Source: Pseudomonadota bacterium (GTDB lineage Bacteria > Pseudomonadota > Gammaproteobacteria > Burkholderiales > Thiobacillaceae). From it: a DNA stretch of 64,000 bases. The notes beneath the pieces are model-generated. The model saw nothing but the letters and a program-made list of their open reading frames with translations. It had not been told where the DNA came from and ran no database searches. Shown here one piece after another: positions 8,242-20,773 of this stretch (the stretch's first letter is position 1; each line of letters starts with the position of its first letter). The translations under genes and the position numbers were made by a program. The stretch lies in contig JBFMHC010000015.1 of NCBI GenBank assembly GCA_040751755.1, forward strand, positions 19,054 to 83,053, in the 5' to 3' direction.

Positions 8242-9123
8242 TCAGCGCCGCAACGTCATGCGATAGACCTTGCCCTCCATCATGCCCGGCACCCAGAGCT
8301 TGCCCTGGTCGTCGAGGCAGATGTCGGCGGGGCCGGCGATCGGCAGCTTGTCGTTGGCGACGCCGATCTGGCCGGTGCGGGTGTCCAGCACCTGCAGCAG
8401 GCCGGCGGGCTCGAACTTCACCCAGTTGGAGACCAGCCAGCGGTTGGCGCCGATGTCCACGACGCCGTCGAAGTAGCCGGCCGGCTCGGGCTTGTACTCC
8501 TTGTCCAGCTTCGCGGACATGCCCTCCAGGCGGAAGGTCTTGACCGCACCGTTGGCCTGGCCGTCGGTGCCCCACTCGACGACGATCAGGCGGCTGCCCA
8601 TGCGCTTGAGGCCGTTGGGGCCCTTGAGCGGGGTGTCGAAGGCCAGCTCGGCATACTTCTTCGCCATCAGGTCGATGCTGAACACCTTGTTGAGGTCGGT
8701 GGCGGAAACCAGGAGGGTGCGGTTGTCGTGGCGCGCCAGGGCGTTGAGGAAGCGGGCGCCGGTGGCCGAGAGGTCGAGGTCGAACACCTGCTTGCCGTCG
8801 CGCACGCGGAAACCCAGCACGCGGTCGATGTCCGCCACGTAGACCACGCCCTGCAGGACCAGCAGGCCCTTGGGGCCGTTCAGCTTGTCGGCCCAGCGCA
8901 GGGCCTTGACGTTGCCCTGGCGGTCCAGGCGCGAGATGAAGCCGTCGCCGTCCTTCTCCATGGGCTCCAGCTTCACGCCCAGGTTGGAGACGAACACGTC
9001 GTCCCCCGCCACCGCCACGCTCTCGGGCGAGGCGAAGCCGGGGATGGCGCGGTCGACGATGACGTTGGCCGCGGCGGCGGCGGTGCTGAAGGCACAGGCG
9101 GCAAGCAGGGCGATGAGACGCAT
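8242..9123 (-). CDS. secreted beta-propeller-like protein (SMP-30/NHL-like), function unknown
   Basis: The ATG at 9123 gives the signal peptide MRLIALLAACAFSTAAAAA. There are repeated strand-rich segments with PxG/VAD motifs. The family assignment is only approximate. Confidence 0.5.
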   Translation of the reverse strand: MRLIALLAACAFSTAAAAANVIVDRAIPGFASPESVAVAGDDVFVSNLGVKLEPMEKDGDGFISRLDRQGNVKALRWADKLNGPKGLLVLQGVVYVADIDRVLGFRVRDGKQVFDLDLSATGARFLNALARHDNRTLLVSATDLNKVFSIDLMAKKYAELAFDTPLKGPNGLKRMGSRLIVVEWGTDGQANGAVKTFRLEGMSAKLDKEYKPEPAGYFDGVVDIGANRWLVSNWVKFEPAGLLQVLDTRTGQIGVANDKLPIAGPADICLDDQGKLWVPGMMEGKVYRMTLRR

Positions 9124-9143
9124 GACGGACTCCCGGAAAAAGG

Positions 9144-10079
9144 TCAGACCATGGCGCCGGACTCGGGCTTCACCGGCTTGATGAAGTCCTCGCGCGAGAC
9201 CCCCAGCCACATGGTGATGGGGCTGGCCACCAGCACGGAGGAATAGGTGCCCACGGCGATGCCGATGATCAGGCAGAGGGCGAAGCCGTACAGCACCTCG
9301 CCGCCGAGGAACAGCATCGCCAGCACCATCAGCGAGGTGGTGCCGCTGGTGATGACGGTACGCGACAGGGTGGCGGTCTTGGCGTTGTCCATGATCGCCG
9401 CGACGTCGGTCATGCGGGTCTTCTTGAAGTTCTCGCGGATCCGGTCGAACACCACCACGGTGTCGTTGACGGAGTAGCCGAGGATGGCCAGCACCGCCGC
9501 CAGGACGGTGAGCGAGAACTCCCACTGGAACAGCGACCAGACGCCGAGGACGATGAAGATGTCGTGCGCGGTGGCGAAGATGGCACCCGCTGCCATGCGC
9601 CACTCGAAGCGCAGCGCCAGATAGACGGCGATACCGAGGGACACCACCAGCAGGGCCAGGGAACCGTCCTCGAGCAGTTCCTTGCCGACCTGCGGGCCGA
9701 CGAACTCGACGCGGCGCAGCTGCACCGAGGGATCGGCCACCTTGAGGATCCCCAGCACCTTCTCGGAGAGCTGCGCGGAGGTGACGCCCGCCTTCACCGG
9801 CAGGCGCACCAGCACCTCGCTGGCGGTGCCGAAGTTCTGCACCTGGGCGTCGGCATGGCCGGCGCGCGCCAGGGTCTCGCGAATCCCGTGCACGTCGGCC
9901 GCCTTGCCGGGATAGCCGATCTCCATCACCGTGCCGCCGGTGAAGTCGACACCCAGGTTCAGGCCCTTGGTGGCGAGCAGGGCGATGGAGGCGACGATGA
10001 AGGCGACAGAGAAGAAGATGGTGCTGCGCGCGAAGCGCATGAAGGGGATGTCGCGCTTGAGATGGAACAGTTCGATCAT
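9144..10079 (-). CDS. secF: protein translocase subunit SecF
   Basis: 311 aa. The sequence GLNLGVDFTGGT... LAILGYSVNDTVVVFDRIRE is typical of SecF. It lies directly downstream of secD. Confidence 0.95.
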   Translation of the reverse strand: MIELFHLKRDIPFMRFARSTIFFSVAFIVASIALLATKGLNLGVDFTGGTVMEIGYPGKAADVHGIRETLARAGHADAQVQNFGTASEVLVRLPVKAGVTSAQLSEKVLGILKVADPSVQLRRVEFVGPQVGKELLEDGSLALLVVSLGIAVYLALRFEWRMAAGAIFATAHDIFIVLGVWSLFQWEFSLTVLAAVLAILGYSVNDTVVVFDRIRENFKKTRMTDVAAIMDNAKTATLSRTVITSGTTSLMVLAMLFLGGEVLYGFALCLIIGIAVGTYSSVLVASPITMWLGVSREDFIKPVKPESGAMV

Positions 10080-10090
10080 GACTTGCGCCC

Positions 10091-11920
10091 TCAGATGGAG
10101 ACCTTGGTCAGGCGCTTGGCCCGGCCGTAGGTGAGGTTGACCATGGCGCGCGACACCGTCACGGCGCTGAACATGGAGGTCAGGATGCCCAGGCAGAGCA
10201 CCACCGCGAAACCGCGCACCGGGCCGGAGCCGAGCCAGAACAGGGCGATGCCGGCGATCAGGGTGGTGATGTTGGAGTCCAGGATGGTGTCCCAGGCGCG
10301 TTCGTAGCCGGCAGCCAGCGCGGCCTGCGGCGACATGCCGTTGCGCAGTTCCTCGCGGATGCGCTCGGCGATGATGACGTTCGCGTCGATGGCCATGCCG
10401 AGCGTCAGGGCGATACCGGCGATGCCCGGCAGGGTCAGGGTCGCCTGCAGCATCGACAGCAGCGCCACCAGCAGGAACATGTTGGTGGCCAGGGCCAGCA
10501 CGGAGATGAGGCCGAAGAACTGGTAGTACACCACCATGAAGACCATGATCAGCGCAAAACCGATGAGGGTGGAGTTGAAGCCCTTCTCGATGTTGTCCGC
10601 GCCCAGGCTGGGGCCGACGGTGCGCTCCTCGACGATCTCCATGGGCGCGGCCAGGGCGCCGGCGCGCAGCAGCAGGGCGACGTCGGAGGCCTCCTGCGGC
10701 GAGTCCATGCCGGTGATCTGCACACGGCCGCCGCCGATCTCCTCGCGGATCACCGGCGCGGTGATCACCTCGCTCTTGCCCTTCTCGATGAGCAGGATGG
10801 CCATGCGCTTGCCCACGTTCTCGCGCGTCACGTCCTTGAAGATGCGCGCGCCGCGGCCGTCCAGGTTGACGTGCACGGCGGCCTGGCTGGACTGGCTGTC
10901 GAAGCCGGGCTGCGCGTCGGTGATGTACTCGCCGGTCAGCACCACCTCGCGCTTGAGCAGCAGCGGCATGCCGTTGCGCTCATAGAAGACCTCGTCGCCG
11001 AACGGCACCTGGCCGGCCAGGGCGGCCTGCACCTGGGTGGGGTCCTGCATGCGCTCCTCGTCCACCATGCGCACCTCCAGGGTGGCGGTGCGGCCGAGGA
11101 TCTCCTTCGCCTTGGCGGTGTCCTGCACGCCCGGCAGCTGCACCACCACACGGTCGATGCCCTGCTGCTGGATCACCGGCTCGGCCACGCCCAGCTCGTT
11201 GACGCGGTTGCGCAGGGTGGTGAGGTTCTGCTGCAGGGCGAACTCCTGGGTCTTCACCTGCGCCTGCTTGCTCAGGGTGGCGTTGAGGCTGTACTCCTCG
11301 CCGCTCTGGCCGTCCGCCAGCACCAGCTCGGGATAGGCCTCCTCCACCGCCTTGCGCGCCTCGTCCCGCTGCGCGGCGTCGCGGAACTTCACGTACACCG
11401 CGTCCTTCTCGCGGCCGATGCCGACGTAGCGCACCTTCTTCTCGCGCAGCAGGGAGCGGATGTCGCCCTGGTAGCGCTCCGCCGTCTTCTCCAGGGCCTT
11501 GGGCATGTCCACCTGCAGCAGGAAGTGCACCCCGCCGCGCAGGTCCAGGCCCAGGTACATGGGCAGGGCGCCGATCGAGGTGAGCCAGGCCGGCGAGGCG
11601 GGCAGGAGGTTGAGCGCCACCGTGTAGCCCTGGCCGAGGCTCGCCTGCAGCAGGTCCTTGGCCTTGATCTGGGTGTCGGTATCGGCGAAGCGGGCCTTGA
11701 TGCTGTGACCGTCCAGGGCCACGCCCTGCGTGGCCACGCCACCGCCGCGCAAGGCGGACTCGACGCGCTGCATGAGGGCCGTGTCGACCTTCTCGGTGGT
11801 ACGCACCGGCGTCACCTGCACCGCCGGCACCTCGCCGTAGAAGTTGGGCAGGGTGTAGAGAAAGGCGACGAGCAGGGCCGCGCCGACGACGAGGTATTTC
11901 CAGAAGGGATAGCGATTCAT
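10091..11920 (-). CDS. secD: protein translocase subunit SecD
   Basis: 609 aa. MNRYPFWKYLVVGAALLVAFLYTLPNFYG... and the C-terminal SecD/F membrane domain (GIAGIALTLGMAIDANVIIAERIREE). Confidence 0.95.
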   Translation of the reverse strand: MNRYPFWKYLVVGAALLVAFLYTLPNFYGEVPAVQVTPVRTTEKVDTALMQRVESALRGGGVATQGVALDGHSIKARFADTDTQIKAKDLLQASLGQGYTVALNLLPASPAWLTSIGALPMYLGLDLRGGVHFLLQVDMPKALEKTAERYQGDIRSLLREKKVRYVGIGREKDAVYVKFRDAAQRDEARKAVEEAYPELVLADGQSGEEYSLNATLSKQAQVKTQEFALQQNLTTLRNRVNELGVAEPVIQQQGIDRVVVQLPGVQDTAKAKEILGRTATLEVRMVDEERMQDPTQVQAALAGQVPFGDEVFYERNGMPLLLKREVVLTGEYITDAQPGFDSQSSQAAVHVNLDGRGARIFKDVTRENVGKRMAILLIEKGKSEVITAPVIREEIGGGRVQITGMDSPQEASDVALLLRAGALAAPMEIVEERTVGPSLGADNIEKGFNSTLIGFALIMVFMVVYYQFFGLISVLALATNMFLLVALLSMLQATLTLPGIAGIALTLGMAIDANVIIAERIREELRNGMSPQAALAAGYERAWDTILDSNITTLIAGIALFWLGSGPVRGFAVVLCLGILTSMFSAVTVSRAMVNLTYGRAKRLTKVSI

Positions 11921-11995
11921 GGCTTCGTGAGGCGAGAGGAGTGGGGCGTGAGACGGAAGGGCGCGGGGGAGTCACCCCCCCTCACGCCTTGCGCC

Positions 11996-12316
11996 TCACA
12001 GATCCTTGATCGTGCCCTTGGGCAGCACGGCCTGCACGGCGGCGCGCTGGAAGATGGTCTCGGTGCCACCGCCGATGTCCAGGGTGATGTATTGCTCGCT
12101 GACCTTCACCACCTTGCCGAGCTGGCCGCCCGAGGTGACCACCTCGTCGCCCTTCTGGATGCCTTCCTGCATCTTCTTCTGGTCCTTGGCGCGCTTCATC
12201 TGCGGGCGGATGATGAGGAAGTAGAACAGCACGAACAGGATCACCAGGGGCAGGAAGCCCATGATCGGGTCGGGCTGCTGGGCGGGGTCGGCGGCGTGGG
12301 CGGGGGAGATCAGCAT
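11996..12316 (-). CDS. yajC: preprotein translocase subunit YajC
   Basis: ATG at 12316. 106 aa with FLPLVILFVLFYFLIIRPQMKRAKDQKKM...GDEVVTSGG. It lies upstream of secDF. Confidence 0.9.
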   Translation of the reverse strand: MLISPAHAADPAQQPDPIMGFLPLVILFVLFYFLIIRPQMKRAKDQKKMQEGIQKGDEVVTSGGQLGKVVKVSEQYITLDIGGGTETIFQRAAVQAVLPKGTIKDL

Positions 12317-12366
12317 GATGGGGGCATTCAAGGGTGGATAAAACCGGTGCATTTTAACTGGGTATT

Positions 12367-14046
12367 GTGCAAGCCGTGTTTCCGCCCGTCTTAGAATGGC
12401 CGGCATCTCCCCCCTCCCCCGATCCCGTGCAGCATTCCGCTCCCCGCCCCGCCCCCGCCGAGAAGGTCTCCTGGCGGGTCCTGCTCGCCTATGCCCTGGC
12501 CAGCCTGGTTCTGGACGCGGCGAGCAACCCGCAGACCGTGCTGCCGCTGGCGCTGGCACCCTGGACGCCGCCGATCGGCCTGTCGCTCGCCATCCTGCTG
12601 CTGTACGGCGCGCGCTACGCGCCCTGGCTGATTGCCATCACCTTCCTCATCGGCATGCCGGTCTACGGCCTGCCGGACGCCTGGCTGGGGGCCCTGTGGG
12701 CCTCCACCCTGCTGATGCTCGGCCTGCTGGCGCTCAGCACCTGGCTCAAGCACGGCCTGCGGATCGACGCGCGGCTGTCCAGCCAGCGCGACCTGTCCTG
12801 GTTCCTGCTCGCCGCCGTGCTGGCGGCCTGGCTGGACGCCGGGGTGCACGTGTTCTCGCGCAGCCCCGAGGCCGCGCCGCACGTCTGGGCCTGGCTCGCC
12901 GACCTGGTCAACTACTGGGTCGGCGCGCTGATCCGCATCCTCATCGTCACGCCCCTGGTGCTGGTGCACGCGGACCGCGACTGGGCGGCCCTGCTCGCCT
13001 GGCGGCCGAGCCGCCAGGTGGTGCTGCAGGGCCTCGCCATCGTCCTCGCCCTGGCGGTGATCTTCGGCCTCAAATACACGGACGAGTTCAAGTTCTTCTA
13101 CCTGCTGTTCCTGCCCCTCATCTGGGTCTGCATGCACCACGGCATCCAGGGCGCCACCGTCGCCCTCGCCTTCACGCACATCGGCCTCAACGCGATCCTG
13201 GAATGGCGCGGCCTGCGCTCGGTGGCGGTGGTGGAGTTCCAGATGCTGATGCTGGGCCTGGCGATCACCGGCCTGTTCCTCGGCATGACCGTGACGGCGC
13301 GCCGCGCGGCGGAGGAGAAGCTGCACCGCCGCGAGGCGGAGCTGAACCAGGCCATGCGCCTGGCGGCCGCCGGCGAGATGACGCAGGCGCTCGCGCACGA
13401 GCTGAACCAGCCGCTCTCCGCCCTCACCAACTACGCCCGCGCCGCCCGCGCCATGCTCGCCGAGCCGGGCGAGCATGCGGCGCTGCTGGGCGAGACCCTG
13501 GAGAAAATCGACCGCGAGTCCAGCCGCGCCGGCCAGGTGGTGCGCCGACTGCGCGAGTTCTTCCGCGGCGGCGGCCTGCGCCTGGAGCGCATCGGCGTCG
13601 CCGAGTTGATCGAGGAGGGCCTGGCGCCCGCACGGCGGCGCGCGGAGCGCAGCGGCATCCAGATCGACGTCTCGCCCCTGGACGGCCTGCCCGCCCTCAA
13701 GGCGGACCGCGTGCAGATCGGCACGGTGCTGCACAACCTGCTCATCAACGCCATCGAGTCCTTCGAACAGCCCCAGGCCCTGCCGCTCGACGAACGTCAC
13801 ATCTCGATCAGCGTCGCGCGCGGCGATGCGCGGCAGCTGCGTTTCTGCGTGCAGGACAACGGCCCGGGCATCGCCACGGAGCTGCGCGAGCGCCTGTTCG
13901 ACTCCTTCGTCACCAGCAAGCCGGAAGGCATGGGTCTCGGCCTGGCGATCAGCCGCACCCTGGTCGAGGCGCACGGCGGTGAGTTATGGTTGGACAGTCC
14001 CTTTCCCACCCGTTTCTGCTTCACGCTGCCCCTGACCCATGTCTGA
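12367..14046 (+). CDS. membrane sensor histidine kinase (multi-pass N-terminal sensor, MASE1-like; FixL-type HisKA)
   Basis: About 300 aa of hydrophobic helices, then the H-box AHELNQPLSAL and HATPase N/G boxes (HNLLINAIES, DNGPGI, GMGLGLAI). The GTG start at 12367 is uncertain. Confidence 0.8.
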   Translation: MQAVFPPVLEWPASPPSPDPVQHSAPRPAPAEKVSWRVLLAYALASLVLDAASNPQTVLPLALAPWTPPIGLSLAILLLYGARYAPWLIAITFLIGMPVYGLPDAWLGALWASTLLMLGLLALSTWLKHGLRIDARLSSQRDLSWFLLAAVLAAWLDAGVHVFSRSPEAAPHVWAWLADLVNYWVGALIRILIVTPLVLVHADRDWAALLAWRPSRQVVLQGLAIVLALAVIFGLKYTDEFKFFYLLFLPLIWVCMHHGIQGATVALAFTHIGLNAILEWRGLRSVAVVEFQMLMLGLAITGLFLGMTVTARRAAEEKLHRREAELNQAMRLAAAGEMTQALAHELNQPLSALTNYARAARAMLAEPGEHAALLGETLEKIDRESSRAGQVVRRLREFFRGGGLRLERIGVAELIEEGLAPARRRAERSGIQIDVSPLDGLPALKADRVQIGTVLHNLLINAIESFEQPQALPLDERHISISVARGDARQLRFCVQDNGPGIATELRERLFDSFVTSKPEGMGLGLAISRTLVEAHGGELWLDSPFPTRFCFTLPLTHV

Positions 14047-14653
14047 ACCGCAGATCTACATCGTCGACGACGACGAGGCGGTGCGCGATTCGCTCGCCCT
14101 CATGCTCAACTTCCGCGGCTGGCGCTGCCGCGCCTTCGCCAGCGCCGAGGCCTGCCTGGAGGCCTGGCAGGCGGACTGGCGCGGCTGCCTGCTGCTCGAC
14201 CTGCGCATGGGCGGCATGGACGGCCTGGCCCTGCAGGGCGAGCTGGAGGCACGCGGCTCGCGCCTGCCCATCGTCTTCCTCACCGGCCATGGCGACATCG
14301 CCCAGGCGCGCGCGGCGCTCAAGGCCGGCGCCGTCGACTTCCTGGAGAAGCCCTACGCCGAGGCGGCGCTGATCGACGCCGTGCGCGAGGCCATGGCACG
14401 CGACGCACGCCAGTCCGCCGAGCAGGCGCAATCCGAGGAGATCGGCGCGCGCATGGCGCGCCTCTCGGAACGCGAACGCCAGGTCATGGACCTGACCGTG
14501 GCGGGCAAGCCCAACCGCGAGATCGCCGCCCTGCTGGAGATCAGCCCGCGCACCGTCGAGGTGTTCAAGGCGCGCATGATGGAGAAGATGCAGGCGCGCA
14601 GCCTGCCGGAGCTGGTGCGCATGGTGTTGAGCAGCGGCACGCGGGAGGGGTGA
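14039..14653 (+). CDS. FixJ/LuxR-family response regulator
   Basis: Receiver domain (IVDDDEAVRDS, LLLDLRMGGMDG, LTGHGD, K in LEKP) plus a LuxR HTH (LSERERQVMDL..GKPNREIAALLEISPRTVEVFKARMMEKM). It overlaps the kinase by 8 nt. Confidence 0.9.
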   Translation: MSEPQIYIVDDDEAVRDSLALMLNFRGWRCRAFASAEACLEAWQADWRGCLLLDLRMGGMDGLALQGELEARGSRLPIVFLTGHGDIAQARAALKAGAVDFLEKPYAEAALIDAVREAMARDARQSAEQAQSEEIGARMARLSERERQVMDLTVAGKPNREIAALLEISPRTVEVFKARMMEKMQARSLPELVRMVLSSGTREG

Positions 14654-14734
14654 CCCCCCACGAAGGGTGTATGGCCTCCCCTTACGGGCGGCAGCCAATG
14701 CCGGCGGCACGCGTGGGCGTCGAGAATCCGTTCC

Positions 14735-15316
14735 ATGCGAAACGCCAAATTCACCTCTCACGGCATGGACCGACAAGAAGACCCCTCCGTCACTCTCGCC
14801 TGGCGCAGGGAGACGATCCGCGGCGCGCTCAAGCTGTTCCGCGTCACCATGGATGCCGTGCGCCGCCACGCCGAGTGGACCGAGGCCCATCTGGGGCTGA
14901 CCCCCGCCCAGCTGTGGGCCATCTGGGAACTCCGGCAATCGCCCGGCCTGCGCGTGGTCGACCTGGCGAAGCTGATGGCGGTGCACCGCCTCACCGCCGA
15001 AGGACTGCTGCAGGGCCTGATGGCCGGCGGCCTGGTGGTCTGCCGCGGCGAGGACGACGCCCCGCCGGTCCACCACTTCCTCTCCGAGGCGGGGCAGCGG
15101 GTCGCCGACAAGCTGCCGGAACACGGCCAGGGCGTGCTCAAGGCCGCGCTCGAACAGCTGCCGGATGTCGCCCTGGAGCAGCTCGTCAGCGCCATGCGCC
15201 CGGTGGTCGAAAGCCTGCCCATGCGGGAGGACCGCGCCGCGCTGCAGCCGATGGGCGACCTGCTCAGGCAGCACGGCCTCGCGCATTTCGACGTACGCAA
15301 ACGTTCAGGGGCCTAA
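14735..15316 (+). CDS. MarR-family transcriptional regulator
   Basis: A winged-helix core is present (LTPAQLWAIWELRQSPGLRVVDLAKLMAVHRLTAEGLLQGLMAGGLVV). The start could instead be the internal Met at 14765. Confidence 0.6.
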   Translation: MRNAKFTSHGMDRQEDPSVTLAWRRETIRGALKLFRVTMDAVRRHAEWTEAHLGLTPAQLWAIWELRQSPGLRVVDLAKLMAVHRLTAEGLLQGLMAGGLVVCRGEDDAPPVHHFLSEAGQRVADKLPEHGQGVLKAALEQLPDVALEQLVSAMRPVVESLPMREDRAALQPMGDLLRQHGLAHFDVRKRSGA

Positions 15317-15318
15317 CC

Positions 15319-15996
15319 ATGCAAGCCCAGATCGATCTCTTCCTCGCCTCGCTGCAGACGGCCTGGACACAGGTCGCGCTGTTCCTGCCCAAGCTGTTCG
15401 CCGCCCTGCTGCTGCTGTCGGCCGGCTGGCTGCTGGCGCGCCTGCTGCGGGCGGCCGTCAGGCGCATGCTGGATACGCTGGGCTTCCGCCGCATCGCCGA
15501 ACGCTCCGGCCTGGAGGCCCTGCTCAGGCAAGGCGGCGTGGAGATCTCCCTGGCCGGCATCATCGCCGGCGTCGTGTACTGGATGGTCCTGCTCGTCGTC
15601 ACGGTCTCCGTCGCCAACAGCCTGGGGCTCGACAGCGTGGCCGCGCTGTTCAACCGCATCGCCCTCTACCTACCGCACGTCGTCATCGCGGTCCTCATCC
15701 TGATCTTCGGCACCCTGCTGGCGCGCTTCATGAACCGCGCGACCTTCGCCTGGCTGCACGGACTGAAGGTACCGGCCGCGCTGACCATCAGCACGGGGGT
15801 GGAATACGCCGTGCAGGTCTTCGCCCTGTTCATCGCCCTGGAGCAGCTGGCCATCGGCACCCAGCTGCTGACCATCGCCTTCGCCATCCTGTTCGGCGGC
15901 ATCGTCTTCGCCCTGGCCCTCGCCTTCGGCCTGGGGGGCCAGACCTGGGCGGCCGAGCGGCTGAAGGCCTGGTCAAAGGCAGGCACAGGCGAATAA
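15319..15996 (+). CDS. membrane protein with conserved-TM-helix repeats (MscS-N-terminal-like)
   Basis: ATG at 15319, 3 nt after the MarR stop. 225 aa with four or more hydrophobic helices and a repeated pattern (FLPKLFAALLLL.., YLPHVVIAVLILIFG..). Confidence 0.6.
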   Translation: MQAQIDLFLASLQTAWTQVALFLPKLFAALLLLSAGWLLARLLRAAVRRMLDTLGFRRIAERSGLEALLRQGGVEISLAGIIAGVVYWMVLLVVTVSVANSLGLDSVAALFNRIALYLPHVVIAVLILIFGTLLARFMNRATFAWLHGLKVPAALTISTGVEYAVQVFALFIALEQLAIGTQLLTIAFAILFGGIVFALALAFGLGGQTWAAERLKAWSKAGTGE

Positions 15997-16137
15997 GGGC
16001 TTCCCTTACGTTACCCCACACATTACAGACAGGTTGTCGCTCCCTAATATCCATCTTGAGCATGTTTCATGTCGTCTCCGGCGCGCCGGCTTGCCGGCGT
16101 GGAGCAAAGGACGATCGCAAGCGATTGCGATATTCAT

Positions 16138-16165
16138 ACAGGTGACCCAGGTCACCTGTTTTTTT
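16138..16165 (+). terminator. rho-independent terminator
   Basis: ACAGGTGAC-CCAG-GTCACCTGT (perfect 9-bp stem) followed by TTTTTT. Confidence 0.8.
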
Positions 16166-16193
16166 GTCTGCTCACCGAGTGTCTGAGCGCACC

Positions 16194-19078
<2,885 letters not shown>

Positions 19079-19081
19079 GGC

Positions 19082-20773
19082 TTAAAAGTCGTTGCGGTTG
19101 CGCTTCGGGCCGTTGTGGCTGCGCTCGCCCCAGCTGTTGCCCTTCTTCCAGGCCGGCTTGTCCTGCGCCTGGCTGGCCCAGGTGTTGCCGTTGACGTCCG
19201 GGCGTTGGCGCTCCGGCTTGGGCATGACGTTGCCGTTCACCTCCGGACGCGCACGCTCCGGCTTGCCCCAGGTATTGCCGTTGACCTCGCCGCGGGCACG
19301 CTCGCCGCGCCCGCCCTCCGGACGCGACCAGGCGTTGTTGAAGCCGCCACGCTCGCCCGGACGGGATTCACCGCGATTCCCCTCGCCGCGGTTCCAGTTG
19401 CCACCTGCGCGGTTGCCGTCGCGGTTGCCATCACGGTTGCCGTCGCGGTTGAAGCGGCCCTCGCCGGGGCGCCCCTCACCCTTCCATCCACCGTAGCCCG
19501 CGCCATAGCCGGTCCCTTCGGGCTTGCGGCCGAAGCCGGAAGGCTGGCCGGCGCGCGGCCTGCCCTGCCATTCGCCGCGCGGCTTGCCCTTCCAGTCCGA
19601 GCTGGACTTGCGGCGCGGCTCGTGGTCGATGCGCGCCTTCGGCTCCAGGCCGGGGACCACGTCGATCTGGATCTTCTCGCCGGTGTAGCGCTCGATATCG
19701 CGCACCAGGCCGCGCTCCTTGCCGTGCACCAGGGTGAAGGCGATACCGGCACGGCCGGCGCGGCCGGTGCGACCGATGCGGTGCACGTAGTCCTCGGCCT
19801 GGCGCGGGATGTCGAAGTTGATGACGTGGCTGATGCCGGCCACGTCGATGCCGCGCGCGGCCACGTCGGTGGCCACCAGCACGCGCGTCTGGCCATCGCG
19901 CAGGCGCTGCAGGGTGCGGTTGCGTTTGTGCTGCGGCATGTCGCCGTGCAGGGCGGCGGCCGTGTACCCCTGCTCGAGCAGGCTCTCGGACAGTTCCTCG
20001 GCGCTGCGCTTGGTGGAGGTGAACACCACCGCCTGGGTCAGGCCCGCGTCGCGCAGCAGATGGTCGAGCAGGCGCTGCTTGTGGCCCATGTCGTCGACGA
20101 ACAGCAGGCGCTGGTCGATGTTGGCCTTGTGCTCGGCCTGGGTCACCACCTCGATGCGCTGCGGATCGCGCGTCATCTCGCGCGCCAGCTGGCCGACGGT
20201 GCCGTCCAGGGTGGCGGAGAACAACAGGGTCTGGCGCGACTCGGGGGTGCGGCCGACGATGTTCTCGATGTCCTCGATGAAGCCCATGTCGAGCATGCGG
20301 TCGGCCTCGTCCAGCACCAGCACCTCGAGGCGCGAGAAGTCGATGCGGCCGCGCTCCAGGTGGTCGATGAGACGGCCGGGGGTGGCGATCATCACCTCGG
20401 GGTTGGCCTTGAGGGCCTGGAACTGCGGGCCGAACGGCGCGCCGCCGACCAGGCAGGCGGTGCGCAGGCGCTTCAGGCCCTTGCCGTAGATGCGCGCCTG
20501 CTTCTCCACCTGCAGGGCCAGCTCGCGCGTGGGGCACAGCACCAGCAGGCGAGGACCGTTGCCGGGGAGCGTGGAGGGCTCGGCCAGCCGGTGCAGGCTG
20601 GGCAGCAGGAAGGCGGCGGTCTTGCCGCTGCCGGTGTGGCTGGAGACCAGCAGGTCCTGGCCGGCGATGGCGGCGGGGACCGACTGGCTTTGCACCTGGG
20701 TGGGGGTTTCGTAGCCCGCGGCCTCCACGGCGGAGAGAACGAGGGGATTCAGACCGAGTTCAGCAAAAGACAT
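19082..20773 (-). CDS. rhlE: DEAD-box ATP-dependent RNA helicase with a repetitive Arg/Gly/Asn-rich C-terminal tail
   Basis: ATG at 20773. Q-motif, GSGKT, DEAD (VLDEAD), SAT and HRIGRTGRAG are present. The N-terminus MSFAELGLNPLVLSAV resembles RhlE. The tail from about residue 400 is low-complexity. Confidence 0.9.
   Translation of the reverse strand: MSFAELGLNPLVLSAVEAAGYETPTQVQSQSVPAAIAGQDLLVSSHTGSGKTAAFLLPSLHRLAEPSTLPGNGPRLLVLCPTRELALQVEKQARIYGKGLKRLRTACLVGGAPFGPQFQALKANPEVMIATPGRLIDHLERGRIDFSRLEVLVLDEADRMLDMGFIEDIENIVGRTPESRQTLLFSATLDGTVGQLAREMTRDPQRIEVVTQAEHKANIDQRLLFVDDMGHKQRLLDHLLRDAGLTQAVVFTSTKRSAEELSESLLEQGYTAAALHGDMPQHKRNRTLQRLRDGQTRVLVATDVAARGIDVAGISHVINFDIPRQAEDYVHRIGRTGRAGRAGIAFTLVHGKERGLVRDIERYTGEKIQIDVVPGLEPKARIDHEPRRKSSSDWKGKPRGEWQGRPRAGQPSGFGRKPEGTGYGAGYGGWKGEGRPGEGRFNRDGNRDGNRDGNRAGGNWNRGEGNRGESRPGERGGFNNAWSRPEGGRGERARGEVNGNTWGKPERARPEVNGNVMPKPERQRPDVNGNTWASQAQDKPAWKKGNSWGERSHNGPKRNRNDF
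19178..19312. repeat. 3 x 45-nt tandem coding repeat in the helicase tail
   Basis: Units start at 19178, 19223 and 19268 (CCAGGTGTTGCCGTTGACGTCCGG...). On the minus strand they encode ER(A/Q)R(G/P)(E/D)VNGN(T/V)(W/M). Confidence 0.85.
19409..19456. repeat. 4 x 12-nt tandem coding repeat in the helicase tail
   Basis: GCGGTTGCCGTC / GCGGTTGCCATC / ACGGTTGCCGTC / GCGGTTGAAGCG. They encode NRDGNRDGNRDGNR on the minus strand. Confidence 0.85.

Noticed and set aside
11940-11990. A GC-rich segment between secD and yajC (GGCGTGAG...CTCACGCC) as another copy of the GGGTGAGGG repeat family.
   Set aside because: It forms a hairpin, but it lacks both the C-run/G-run 9-10-bp stem with a 3-nt loop and the GGGTGAGGG box. 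It is probably just an intercistronic stem-loop.
19178-19456. Short tandem repeats that could be mistaken for a CRISPR-like or VNTR locus.
   Set aside because: The repeats are contiguous with no spacers and are in phase with the helicase reading frame. They encode the low-complexity C-terminal tail.
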